From Armatimonadota bacterium (GTDB lineage Bacteria; Armatimonadota; HRBIN16), in assembly GCA_963677485.1 (NCBI GenBank), contig OY781964.1:352001-416000 (forward strand): a stretch of DNA of 64,000 nt. The letters are read 5' to 3'. A model generated the notes under the pieces. The model worked only from the letters and a program-made list of their open reading frames with translations. It did no database searches and was not told the DNA's origin. A program made the position numbers and the translations under genes. Within the stretch, counting starts at the first letter, position 1. The number at the start of each line of letters is the position of its first letter. This document shows, piece by piece, positions 46,700-57,057 of the stretch.

Positions 46700-49600
46700 A
46701 TGCAAATCGGAGCTTCATCAATCGCTACCACGAATGACACTTGGGTGTTGAAAAACACCCGACTACGCGTCATTGTATCTAAAACTACTGGCCAAATCAT
46801 ATCATTGGTGACTGATAAGGAGCTGCTCGCGGCTCCTGCTGCAATCGTGCTAGTTGACACGGTCGATAACAAGACACTCACATATACAGATGGTGTGATC
46901 AACAAAGGTTCTACGACATCATCTGGCAACCGCGCCATCCTGACATACTCACTGGTATACGGGAATAGTTATACAGCCACCACAACTCTGACATGCACAC
47001 CAGATGCGGTACGGTGGGATGTAGAACTCAGCACCACTCTGACCCCTGACCGTGAGATGAAAATCACTTACGATTTGCCGATCTTGTCTAGTGCAGATGA
47101 AGCTTTTTGGGCTGCCCCCGGATTGCCTGCCAAGATTGCAGACATGCGCACCCAGATACTCGAATACAGGACAACTACATACCTGCCGTGGGTCTGCCTA
47201 TACGGACAAAAAACTGACCATGGGCTGTCTCTGATCGCCCCACCAGATGTGCCAAAGCCCGGGCTGACATTCTTCATGGAGACTGCAGACAACCCGAAGC
47301 GAATGCGAGTATCAAACCATCACTTGCGTGTTGGTGCGTCAAAACCGACCAAGTCCTCGTTATTCCTGGTACCACACGAAGGGGATTGGCGGCCTGGTCT
47401 AGCATAGTTAAGCTCCTCATACCCTGAGTTTTTTCAACCGGTCTCAAGACGAGTTAGGTCAGGTGAAGGCTGGTATACTGTCGGTTCACCATACCTCGAT
47501 GAAGCAGTCATCAAGGATGCTGCATCTCGAGGCGTGACCTGGCAAGAACTCCATAGTCACTTTCCGTTTTATGGAGTTTATCTTCCCGACAAACCAGATT
47601 GGGCTAATGCGATGGATCAGGACGATATTAGCATCGACCGCTGGGAGAGAGATGATGCCCCGGATCGACCCAGAAACAGCGTTGATAACATGCGGGCAAA
47701 AATGGTCCTATGGCACAAATATGGTATCCAGGTGTATATCTACATACAAACATTCGAGGCATGGACACAATATGCCTTGAAATACTTCAAGGATGATATC
47801 ACTCATGATGCAGATGGAAAACCATGCTACTCTTGGCAGTTCACCAATCTGATGAACCCGGATCCTGCATATCCATGGGGAAAGGCGATACAAAAGCAGC
47901 TCGATAACATCATCAACGCATACCCTGATGTCGATGGCATATTCCTGGATCGAGACGACTACCGCGATTATGACTTTTCGCACAGTGACGGCCTTACGAT
48001 GCAGGGCAACAGACCATGTTACATGCTCGCCTTCGCCCAGGAGAAGGCATTGCAGATGTTGCGCCCTAAACTCCACAAACGCGACAAGGGTATTTGGACT
48101 AATGGTCCTACAAACCTTGAGGTTTGTAGTGGCATCGACGGTATCATGACCGAAGCCGTTGGAGCCCTCGCAAACCAAACTCAGTTCTTTGGTGTCGACC
48201 GGCCCATGATCTGCCTTCCGTATGACGCCACAGTAGCTGCCACTGAGATTAAACTGAAAGGATGTATGACTGGAGGCTATTTCCCGGCCGTATCTGAGAC
48301 ATCTGTTGGCAGTCCGTCTCGCGCCCTTGAGGCCAAATATGTGCCTCTCTTTAAGTTGATGAAGGGACGTAAATGGGTTTTGAATGCTCATGCCATTCAA
48401 GCCCCTGACGGCGTCAGCCCCAACCTCTTCAAGGCCACAAACGGTGACTATCTTGCAGCGGTGATCAGTGATCAGGGCACGTTGATTGTTCCTGACGGAT
48501 CCTGCCCAGTCATATCACACGACATTGAGGTTAGCATATCTGTCACCAACCCACAAGCCATTCGATATTGCTACCAGTTGTCCCCTGACTTCCAGGGAGT
48601 TACCGAGCTGCCCATCACCCGAACCGGTCAAACCCTCAAAGTCACCATACCGATTCTCATTTCAGGATCGATGTTGGTCTTTTCATCCGAGCGGCGGTAT
48701 GACACGACGCGACAGTCGATCCCCTTGCTCGTGAGAGGCGCGTCCAACACGCTGCGCTTGAAGTCGGCAATAAAGGGAGCGGTATCTGTCCAAACTCCAT
48801 GGGGTTCCTTCAACTCCAAAGCAGCCAGTGCCGACATTACAACGGTACCGATCGATGTGCCTGCGTCAGCCAGTGGAGAGGTGTTACTCAATCTCACAGC
48901 AAATGGCAAAATCTCCATGCTGTCAGCCTGGATAGTAAACCCAGTAGAGCTGGTCCTACCGCAGGAACCACCGTTTATCCGAGATGTGAAGGGATCCGAC
49001 ATTCCCATCCAAGTGACGAACTATACCAACCAGCCGCAGCCGATCACCGTCTCAGGATCCTTCTCAGAGGGCAAAGGAAGCATAGGTCCCCAGCGCACGA
49101 AGCTAGTATTGAAGCCTATGGAGACAAAGGTAATTCCTTATCACGTTGACCCAAGTACCCGACAGGCTGTGATCACATGGAACCTCGAAAATAACCAACA
49201 GTCACGGAGTTACGTGATGCCATTGGGTTCATTCACCAAGTTCCAAAGCAGCGACATGTTCCACGATGACTTTTCATGCAACAACATGAGTAGATGGGCG
49301 AAAACTGACGGTTTGTGGGTAGTAAAAGATGGCACAGCTCAAGGCCGCGGGCCCATCCACGCTGGCTACATCGGGGATGCTCACTGGAGCGACTACGAGG
49401 TAGAGACGTCTACTTGCATGCAAGGAAGCGAGCTGCCAGAGATAACTTGGGTGAAGTCCTATATCCATGTACGAATGACATCGCAAAACAACTACTACAG
49501 GTTTGGCGTTCACGGTGACGCAGGGATATTGGAACTCAGTAAAATTGTCAACGGCGAATGGGCTCAACTTGTAGTGCGTCCATTCGACATACCGATGGGT

Positions 49601-49777
49601 AAGTGGATCACACTACGAGTAGCTGTGAAAGGTTCCGATATAAAATGCTATGCTGACGGTAAGCTAGTATGCCAGGCGACCGATACATCGCATCCAAAAG
49701 GCGGTATCGCCATCGGTGTTTTCGACAACCAGATGATCAATCTGTACAAGCATGTCGTAGTTCGACGAGTCGACTAG
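46700..49777 (+). pseudogene. Large glycoside-hydrolase-like gene with C-terminal DUF1080-like domain, interrupted by an in-frame TAG at 47405-47407
   Basis: ORFs 46700-47407 and 47534-49777 share a frame and the gap is open: 'EGDWRPGLA*LSSSYPEFF'; 'DGIFLDRDDY'; 'FHDDFS...WSDYEVE...GGIAIG'. Confidence 0.7.
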
Positions 49778-49884
49778 CGCAGATCACCGTGACCGAGGGG
49801 GTAGAACCCCCAGGTCTATTACCCACACACGAGTTTAGAATTCAGGTAATGGAGTATACAAACCGCCTCACGTGTTAGTGGTCG

Positions 49885-50063
49885 TCCGGACACCCACGAA
49901 GTGGGTAGGATTCTTTATAGCCAGGGGTGAGCGAAGCGATACCCCTGGTAAAGGAGCCTCTTCCTACCCCGAAGTGGGTCAGTTCCACATTTAGATGTGT
50001 ACGGATGCAGACCCACTTCGGGGTAAGTCGTTGTCATTACTTTCCACGGGTTGCGCTGACGCT
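49885..50063. repeat. Family A REP (49885-49980) with truncated inverted partner (50010-50063)
   Basis: cacccacgaagtgggta...tatagccaggggtgagcgaagcgatacccctggt...ctaccccgaagtgggtc. Confidence 0.85.
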
Positions 50064-50075
50064 TTTATGTAACTA

Positions 50076-50246
50076 GGTTGGCTATGTCCGGGGCGGTCTG
50101 CCAGTACGCCTTCGGAGGCCACTGTCTATAGACCGCGCCGGTCTTGTTCCCGACACATATCTTTTAGGGCTATCCGCCAGACCGGCGCGGTCTTGAGCCT
50201 TGTGCATCCGCTAGCCACCGCACAGACCGCCCCGGACATAGGCAAC
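50076..50246. mobile_element. ~170-bp MITE/REPIN-like element (family C)
   Basis: ~25-bp imperfect terminal inverted repeats gttggctatgtccggggcggtctg / cagaccgccccggacataggcaac; internal inverted repeat agaccgcgccggtct; copies at 56757 and 24947. Confidence 0.75.
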
Positions 50247-50405
50247 ACTTGACTGCAAAAAGGGCGAACTGCTATTCGCATATCTCTTTATCGACTCAGC
50301 GTGACGCATCAGTTACACCATGGGCTGCCGTGCCAGCACGGGCAGGTGCTTACCAATGGGTAATCGAGGCGGGGTAGTAACCCCTCGGCACAGTTTAGAT
50401 ACAGG

Positions 50406-51428
50406 CTACATCTCCCGATCCACCGCCAGGGCCACGCGCCGCATTTGGCCCATCAACTCCTCAAAATTCTCGGGCTTCAGGCTTTGCGGACCATCGCTCA
50501 GCGCATGGGCTGGGTCGTTATGAACCTCCACCAGCACACCATCGGCACCGGCGGCCACGCCCGCCTTCGCGATACTGCCCACATAGTCCCAGTGGCCAGT
50601 GGCGTGACTCGGGTCGATAGCCACCGGAAGGTGCGTCCATTGCTTCAACACCGGGATGGCGTTGATGTCCGTGGTGTTGCGGCAGCTATCCTCAAACGTG
50701 GTGATGCCGCGCTCGCAGAGCACGACCTTTTCGTTGCCCTCCGCCATGATGTATTCGGCCGACATCAGCAGGTCCTTGATCTTGCTGCCAGGGCCGCGTT
50801 TCAGAAGCACAGGGTAGCCGGTGGCCCCCACCTTCTTCAACAGCGAAAAGTTCTGCATGTTGCGCGCGCCAATCTGCAGCATATCCGCATAATGACAGAT
50901 CAGCTCAATCTGATCGGCATCCATCACTTCGGTAATGATCGGCAGGCCTGTCTCTTCACGGGCGGTGGCCAGTATCTTCAGACCCTCCTCGCCCAGCCCT
51001 TGAAAGGCATACGGCGAGGTGCGTGGTTTGAAAGCTCCGCCGCGTAACATGCTGGCACCGGAGGCCTTCACTTTGTGGGCCAAGGTCACCGTCTGCTCCT
51101 CAGACTCCACGCTGCAAGGGCCAGCCACAATCACCACCTTAGTGCCGCCAAAGGCCACGTCACGCACATGCACCACCGAGTTTTCGGGTCGATAGTGACG
51201 TGAAGCAAGCTTCCATAAATCGGAGATCAGCTCCACGCGCGCCACGCCGTCCATCGACTGGAAGTGCTCTACCAGGTCGGCTTTGCGCACATCCAGCTCA
51301 CCCAACACGGCGATGACCTTGCGCTGCACGCCCGGGTTGGTGAACGGCCGGAAGCCGATTTTCGTGATGGCAGCCTTGACCGCCTTGACCTCTTTATCTG
51401 TTGCCGCGGGACTCATGATGATGATCAT
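50406..51428 (-). CDS. aroF: 3-deoxy-7-phosphoheptulonate (DAHP) synthase, type I-beta with N-terminal regulatory domain
   Basis: 'AGPCSVES', 'RGGAFKPRTSPY.FQG', 'QIGARNMQNF', 'LCERG', 'DPSHATG'. Confidence 0.96.
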   Translation of the reverse strand: MIIIMSPAATDKEVKAVKAAITKIGFRPFTNPGVQRKVIAVLGELDVRKADLVEHFQSMDGVARVELISDLWKLASRHYRPENSVVHVRDVAFGGTKVVIVAGPCSVESEEQTVTLAHKVKASGASMLRGGAFKPRTSPYAFQGLGEEGLKILATAREETGLPIITEVMDADQIELICHYADMLQIGARNMQNFSLLKKVGATGYPVLLKRGPGSKIKDLLMSAEYIMAEGNEKVVLCERGITTFEDSCRNTTDINAIPVLKQWTHLPVAIDPSHATGHWDYVGSIAKAGVAAGADGVLVEVHNDPAHALSDGPQSLKPENFEELMGQMRRVALAVDREM

Positions 51429-51529
51429 ATATATTGGCCTCGTTTATCTTCATTGTATGAGATGCACCAAAAACAGCACACCTGAATCTATTGTACCTTC
51501 TGAGGCCGGCTCAATTCCTTTTCCAAACA

Positions 51530-51568
51530 TGCAGGCCTCAGAAACCATTACGCTTCTGAGGCCTGCAT
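51530..51568 (-). terminator. Hairpin downstream of the fucosidase cluster
   Basis: tgcaggcctcagaa...ttctgaggcctgca. Confidence 0.6.
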
Positions 51569-51604
51569 CTTACGTACTACACCACCAATGTGATGTGGCG
51601 GGGG

Positions 51605-52900
51605 CTACTTCAGGAACAGCTCGATCACCGGTACGGTGACGTTGGGCTTCTGCACCGGCAGGCGCAGAGTCAGCACATTGGAGGCCACGTCGTTACCGCC
51701 TTGCCACTCTGGCCGCGCGGCCATCAGCACCTCTGAGCCGTCATTCAGCAACTGAGCATACTCGACCTTGCCTGCAAAGCCGTCAAGATGCAGCTCCACA
51801 AATGGCCATGCGAACACGTGCACATACATGCGGTTTGTGTCCGGGTTGTAGGTCAGCCGGCAATCCTGCGGTGTTTGGAAGCCTTCGGGAGCCTGGGTGC
51901 AGCCATAAATGGAGCGGTTGTGACGGCGCATCCACTGCCCCATCGCCTTGAGTCGGCTGAGAGCACGCTCGTCGAACTCGCCTCGGCCAGTCGGCCCCAC
52001 GTTCAGCAGCAGGTTCCCACCCTTACTCACTGTGTCGACCAGCATCTGAATAAGCTGCTCTTCGCTCTTCCAGCTCGATTCGTCGCGGTGGTAGCCCCAG
52101 CTTCCGCTGAAGGTCTGGCAGGCTTCCCATACCACTTTCTGACCATCGTAGGTCACCCACTCGCGGGGTTGGAACTGCTCCGGGGTCTTCATATCCCATC
52201 CGTAGGGCAGATCCAGACGGTCATCCAGCATGATGTTAGGTGCCAGTTCGCGGATCATCTTCAGCAGCTCATCGCTGCGCCAGTCATCGTGCCCTTTACC
52301 CTCGGGACCAGAGCCTGGGAAGCTGAAGTCAAACCACATTACGTCCACAGGACCATAGCCGGTCAGCAGCTCACGCACCTGGTTGTGCAGATAGGTGGCG
52401 TATTTCTGCTGGTCGCGGCTCTGGTTCATCTCAGCACGGTTAGGAGCATTGCGATACGGCCCAATATAGGGGTCGATCATATACTCAGGATGGTGCCAGT
52501 CGATCAAGGAATGATACAGACCCGTGCGTAGGCCATGACCTCGGAAAGCATCCACCATCGGACGCAACAGATCACGCTTGGCGGGGGTGTTGGTGGCCTT
52601 ATAATCGGTGTACTCGGAATCCCACAGACAGAACCCCTCGTGGTGCTTGGTGGTGATGACGAAGTATTTCATTCCCGCCTCTTCGGCAGCGGAGGCCCAG
52701 ATCTCGGGGTCATAAAGATCGGGATCAAAATGCTTGAAATAGGTGTCATACCGTGAGTCGGGTATCTCTTCGTTATGCTTCAGCCACTCGTGCCGCGCGC
52801 CCATGGCATACAGCCCCCAGTGGATGAACATGCCGAAACGGTCCTGGGTAAACCATTTGGTATCGCCGTGCATTTTTGTGTAATCTTGTCCGTCGCTCAT
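51605..52900 (-). CDS. GH29 alpha-L-fucosidase (no signal peptide)
   Basis: 'RFGMFIHWG', 'TTKHHEGF', 'MWFD', 'GGNLLLNVGP'. Confidence 0.95.
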   Translation of the reverse strand: MSDGQDYTKMHGDTKWFTQDRFGMFIHWGLYAMGARHEWLKHNEEIPDSRYDTYFKHFDPDLYDPEIWASAAEEAGMKYFVITTKHHEGFCLWDSEYTDYKATNTPAKRDLLRPMVDAFRGHGLRTGLYHSLIDWHHPEYMIDPYIGPYRNAPNRAEMNQSRDQQKYATYLHNQVRELLTGYGPVDVMWFDFSFPGSGPEGKGHDDWRSDELLKMIRELAPNIMLDDRLDLPYGWDMKTPEQFQPREWVTYDGQKVVWEACQTFSGSWGYHRDESSWKSEEQLIQMLVDTVSKGGNLLLNVGPTGRGEFDERALSRLKAMGQWMRRHNRSIYGCTQAPEGFQTPQDCRLTYNPDTNRMYVHVFAWPFVELHLDGFAGKVEYAQLLNDGSEVLMAARPEWQGGNDVASNVLTLRLPVQKPNVTVPVIELFLK

Positions 52901-52969
52901 GTCGTCCTCCGAATGAGTAATATAGTTGTAGGTTCACCTATTCTAGTATGAATCCTGCATGATGGCAAC

Positions 52970-54730
52970 TCACTGAACGGGTGTCAGCTTGATGTGACGC
53001 AGGTTGACGGGTGACCAGTTTTGCGCCACGGCGTGAACCTGCAAGGCTGTCTTGCCCGTTGCTGTAATCTGCAGATTGCCCAACTCCAGCGCTTGGAACT
53101 TATCGTATCCACCGGTGTTTGGGATTCTGGCCGTCAGCTTGTCGTTGCCGATGCCCACCTCGATCTGTGTCTCGCCGGTGGTGGCGACCTCAGCCGTCAA
53201 TCGATACTTTCCGGGTTTGACCGCCTGGAAAGGCCACTGGAGCCAGTCGCTGCTTACGGTCCAAAATCCGATGCAGCTCTGGCCTGCCACATTCTCTACC
53301 TGAATCTGGTTCCCCACCAGTTCGGCGTTATCAGCCTGCAGCAATAGCGAGCCATCTGCGTTCTGCTGCTGAACTGGATTTTCGACGACAGGCTTTCCCG
53401 CAATGCGCAGCACGACCGTCGAGGAATACGGGTCAGTCGGCTTAGCGGGCAGACTCACCACCACACCGGATTCGGAAGATGCGGTCGCGAGCTTCATCCC
53501 GCCATGCAGCAGGCTGGCCCCCAACACGCGGTTTTTCAGTCCAGGAACCAGTAGCTTGCCATCTACAGGCCAGTCATACACATGCAGATACAGCGTGGTG
53601 TTACTTTTAGCCTTCTTAATGGTGCATCGACCCCATGGAAGGCTCTTAAACGGACTGGGCGAGGTGCCGTAGATCGCCTTCGAATTAACCTTCATCCACT
53701 CACCCACTTGCTGCAGCCGATCGGTGATGTCCTCAGGCACCTGCCCCAGCGAATCCGGCCCGATGTTCAACAAGAAGTTGCCACCCTTGCTCGCGATGTC
53801 AATCAAATTGCGCACGAGCATCTCGGAGCTTTTCCAGTTCTGGTCGTAGCTTTTGTATCCCCAGGTGTCGTTGATGGTCATGCAGGTTTCCCAGTCGCGG
53901 TTCTTAAATCCCGTGGCTGGCACAAACTGCTCGGGCGTTTCGGAGTCGCCTTGTATCCCACCGCCAAGCCGGTTGTTGATGATGATGCCTGGCTGGAGTT
54001 TCAACAACGGCAGGAACAGCTCCGCGCGCTCTTTAGTCATCTGCACGGGCACATCGAACCACAGGATCGATATCTTGCCGTAGTTGCTGAGTATCTCCTT
54101 GACCTGCGGCACGCATTTGGTTTTGAGGTAGAGGTCAATGTTCTTCTGCTCATCGGGTCCGAAATCCCAGGTGTTGCCCACACCGTTGGGTTCGTGCCAG
54201 TCAAACGCCTGCGAATAATAGAACCCCAACCTCAGCCCATGCTTTTTGCACGCTGCCGCCAGCTCCTTCAGCGGGTCGCGTTGGAAGGGTGTGGCGTCGT
54301 GGATGTTGAACGGGCTGGCTTTTGAGGGATACATCGCGAATCCCTCGTGGTGCTTGCTGGTGATCACGATGTACTTCATCCCCGCGTTCTTGGCCATCTT
54401 GACAATGGCCTCCGCGTCGAATTTGACCGGGTTGAACTTTTCGGCCAGCTTCGCATACTCCGCAGCAGGGATTTTAGCGGCGAACTGGATCCACTCACCC
54501 AGAGGGTGCGTATCCACCCTCTGGCCGTTCCAACTCCCGGCGGCCTGAGCGTATAGTCCCCAATGGATGAACATCCCGAACCGCGCTTCACGCCACCACT
54601 TCATGCGAACATCGCGCTGAGCCGGCGTCTCACCGTTGTATGACGGGGTGACCTGAGCCGACGTGATGCTCGCGGCCATCAATCCACAAACAATTACAGT
54701 CAAGATGCGACGAAGTGCAGAGCTTTTCAT
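52970..54730 (-). CDS. GH29 alpha-L-fucosidase, secreted, with C-terminal CBM-like beta-sandwich
   Basis: GH29 motifs; signal peptide; C-terminal 'IGFW...WLQW...NTGGYDKF'. Confidence 0.93.
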   Translation of the reverse strand: MKSSALRRILTVIVCGLMAASITSAQVTPSYNGETPAQRDVRMKWWREARFGMFIHWGLYAQAAGSWNGQRVDTHPLGEWIQFAAKIPAAEYAKLAEKFNPVKFDAEAIVKMAKNAGMKYIVITSKHHEGFAMYPSKASPFNIHDATPFQRDPLKELAAACKKHGLRLGFYYSQAFDWHEPNGVGNTWDFGPDEQKNIDLYLKTKCVPQVKEILSNYGKISILWFDVPVQMTKERAELFLPLLKLQPGIIINNRLGGGIQGDSETPEQFVPATGFKNRDWETCMTINDTWGYKSYDQNWKSSEMLVRNLIDIASKGGNFLLNIGPDSLGQVPEDITDRLQQVGEWMKVNSKAIYGTSPSPFKSLPWGRCTIKKAKSNTTLYLHVYDWPVDGKLLVPGLKNRVLGASLLHGGMKLATASSESGVVVSLPAKPTDPYSSTVVLRIAGKPVVENPVQQQNADGSLLLQADNAELVGNQIQVENVAGQSCIGFWTVSSDWLQWPFQAVKPGKYRLTAEVATTGETQIEVGIGNDKLTARIPNTGGYDKFQALELGNLQITATGKTALQVHAVAQNWSPVNLRHIKLTPVQ

Positions 54731-54747
54731 ATCAAACTCGTTTCTAG

Positions 54748-56442
54748 CTATTGAGCTAACTGGTAGTTAATTTCGTAGATGGTTGGGCCATCGGTCGCAT
54801 TCATGATGACCATCCTGGCTCTGTTGGTTTGCACAGCCGGGAAGGAGGCACTGAAGCTCGGACCAACCGTCCCACCACGATACACCGTCACCCATTTACC
54901 GTTCACTTGAACCTGTATAAGGAATGGCTCGATCCGATCGATGGCTTCGCCGATACTCACCCCGTTGATGGTCACTGGCTTGTAAAACTGCCGCTCAATC
55001 CAGGCGTGTTTGACTCCAGCATCGGTTGCCCAGCGGCTGCCGGATGAGCCGTCAAACGCCTTTTCCGCCTGGTAGTCCTCTTGATTTGAATACACATTGG
55101 ATGCCGTCGCCTTAATGCCAGAGGGCAGTCCCACCGGTATGATAGAAGCCGCATTTCCATCGAGTTTCAGCACAACCACCGTGTCGATCGCATCGTGGTC
55201 GGCAGGTTCTACCCACACGGATACACCCTTGGAGGCCTGCCTTACACGCACCTTGCCGCCGTTCAACAGCCGCGCTGAGCGTATCTTGCGTGAGATCGCG
55301 GGTAGGTTAATACTGCCATCCTGCCATTTGAAGACGTGCAGATACACGTTACTTCCCTGGTAGGTGCTGGCTCCCCAGGTGCCCGGTTTGTATGGCCCTC
55401 CGCGGGTGCCGTAGATGGTCTTGCCGTTTACCGCCAGCCAGTCACCCATCTGCTTTAACCGCTCCACCTGCCGCGGTTCAATCTCGCCGGTGGGCATCGG
55501 CCCAACATTAAACAGCAGGTTACCATCGCCGCCGGCGCAGCGGATAAGCGTCTGCAGGCACTGCTCTAGCGACTTCATCGTGTCATGCGGATTCCAGGCC
55601 CACTGGTTGCAGATCGTCATGCAACTCTCCCATGGACGCTGGTTCTGGAACACGCCGATGGTTTGCTCCGGGGTGTCGAAGTCCTCCGGCAGACGGTTGC
55701 GGTTATTGATGAGTATATTTGGCTGCAGCTCACGAGCCATTTTGTTCAGTGCCAGCGAGTCGTAGTCCTCCGCCGTTCCCATCAGACCGTCATACCACAG
55801 CACATCGATCACTCCGTAGTTCGTCAGCAGCTCGCGAACCTGCTGCTTAAGGTACTGCTGGTATTTCGCATGTCGGTCGGTGTAAGCGTCTGCATTGTGC
55901 CAATCTGGCTGGGAGTAATACACGCCAAACTTAAAACCCGCCCTGTGACACGCATCGGCCAGCTCTTTCACGATGTCGCGTCGGAAAGGGCTCTCAGGTG
56001 ATGTGATTTTGTAGTCACTCGCTTTGGTATCAAACATGCTGAAGCCATCATGGTGTCGGCTGGTGAGGATCATGTATTTCATCCCTGCAGCCTTGGCAAT
56101 CGCCACCCATTCATCCGCATTGAACTTCACGGGGTTAAACTTCTTGTATAGATTATCATACACATCCACAGGAATCTGCGTGCCGGTCGAACCAAGTCCT
56201 CTGCGCTCACCGCCCCGCGACCACCCGATCTCGGTGCCCATCAGGCTGACCGGACCCCAGTGCATGAACAACCCAAACCGGGCATCACGCCACCATTGGA
56301 TGCGCGCCTGATACTGCGCGGGCGTCTCGTTGATCGACTTAACCGGAACGTCGGCAGCGGGTGCCGCCTGAACAATAGTTACTAGTAACAGCATCACTGA
56401 TGCTGCATGTAATAGTGCCTTACGGGTGTCTGAAATCCTCAT
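54748..56442 (-). CDS. GH29 alpha-L-fucosidase, secreted, with C-terminal F5/8-type (CBM32-like) domain
   Basis: GH29 motifs; 'ATASN...AEKAFDG..GSRWA'. Confidence 0.93.
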   Translation of the reverse strand: MRISDTRKALLHAASVMLLLVTIVQAAPAADVPVKSINETPAQYQARIQWWRDARFGLFMHWGPVSLMGTEIGWSRGGERRGLGSTGTQIPVDVYDNLYKKFNPVKFNADEWVAIAKAAGMKYMILTSRHHDGFSMFDTKASDYKITSPESPFRRDIVKELADACHRAGFKFGVYYSQPDWHNADAYTDRHAKYQQYLKQQVRELLTNYGVIDVLWYDGLMGTAEDYDSLALNKMARELQPNILINNRNRLPEDFDTPEQTIGVFQNQRPWESCMTICNQWAWNPHDTMKSLEQCLQTLIRCAGGDGNLLFNVGPMPTGEIEPRQVERLKQMGDWLAVNGKTIYGTRGGPYKPGTWGASTYQGSNVYLHVFKWQDGSINLPAISRKIRSARLLNGGKVRVRQASKGVSVWVEPADHDAIDTVVVLKLDGNAASIIPVGLPSGIKATASNVYSNQEDYQAEKAFDGSSGSRWATDAGVKHAWIERQFYKPVTINGVSIGEAIDRIEPFLIQVQVNGKWVTVYRGGTVGPSFSASFPAVQTNRARMVIMNATDGPTIYEINYQLAQ

Positions 56443-56626
56443 ATTGTTGGCCTCTGGTTGTGGTGTCTTGATCGCGCAGATCGTACGTCATTGTCACATA
56501 TGATACACGAAAACATGGGTTGGCACAATCGAGGATGGTGCTCTCATACGCAGTATTTGGAAGATGATTCGTAACTACCCAGCCATAGGCATGCATTGGT
56601 TCACGATCGGTAATGGTGATGTAGCT

Positions 56627-56672
56627 TCCGGCGCCCATAAAGTGGGTAAGATTCCTATAGCCACGAGTAAGC
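56627..56672 (+). repeat. Degenerate left arm of family A REP
   Basis: tccggcgcccataaagtgggtaagattcctatagccacgagtaagc. Confidence 0.65.
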
Positions 56673-56756
56673 ACCCGCCCATACTATAACGGAAGCGTCC
56701 TGCTGAGGCGACATATAGATGGGTGATGAGTCGTTCGCCTGTTTTTTAATGCAAGC

Positions 56757-56926
56757 GTTGCCTATGCCCGGGGCGGTCTGTGCGGTGGCTTTCGGGTGCA
56801 GAAGGCTCGAGACCGCGCCGGTCTGGCGGATAGCCCCCTGGTTTGGTTTCGAGAACAAGACCGGCGCGGTCTATAAACAGTGGCCTTCCCAGGCGTACTG
56901 ACAGACCGCCCCGGACATAGCCAACC
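56757..56926. mobile_element. ~170-bp MITE/REPIN-like element (family C)
   Basis: Reverse-orientation homolog of 50076-50246 with the same terminal inverted repeats. Confidence 0.75.
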
Positions 56927-57057
56927 AAGTACCAGCGCAACACACGGATAGATGACCATCTCAGAGGTATAATGCGAATGGACACTCGCCGAGTAGGATC
57001 CATTTGTCGCCATGGATAACTTTCCGTAAATAAACACAAGTCACTTAAGGGAACAGG

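Noticed and set aside
40460-47407. Genome-wide TAG recoding suggested by two in-frame TAG junctions
   Set aside because: Many well-defined genes here end at TAG at their expected C-termini (GH4, FadL, aroF, both DUF4139 genes)
49788-49820. tRNA-like fragment gtgaccgagggggtagaacccccaggtc
   Set aside because: Only a single hairpin; no cloverleaf can be built, so more likely a terminator-like stem
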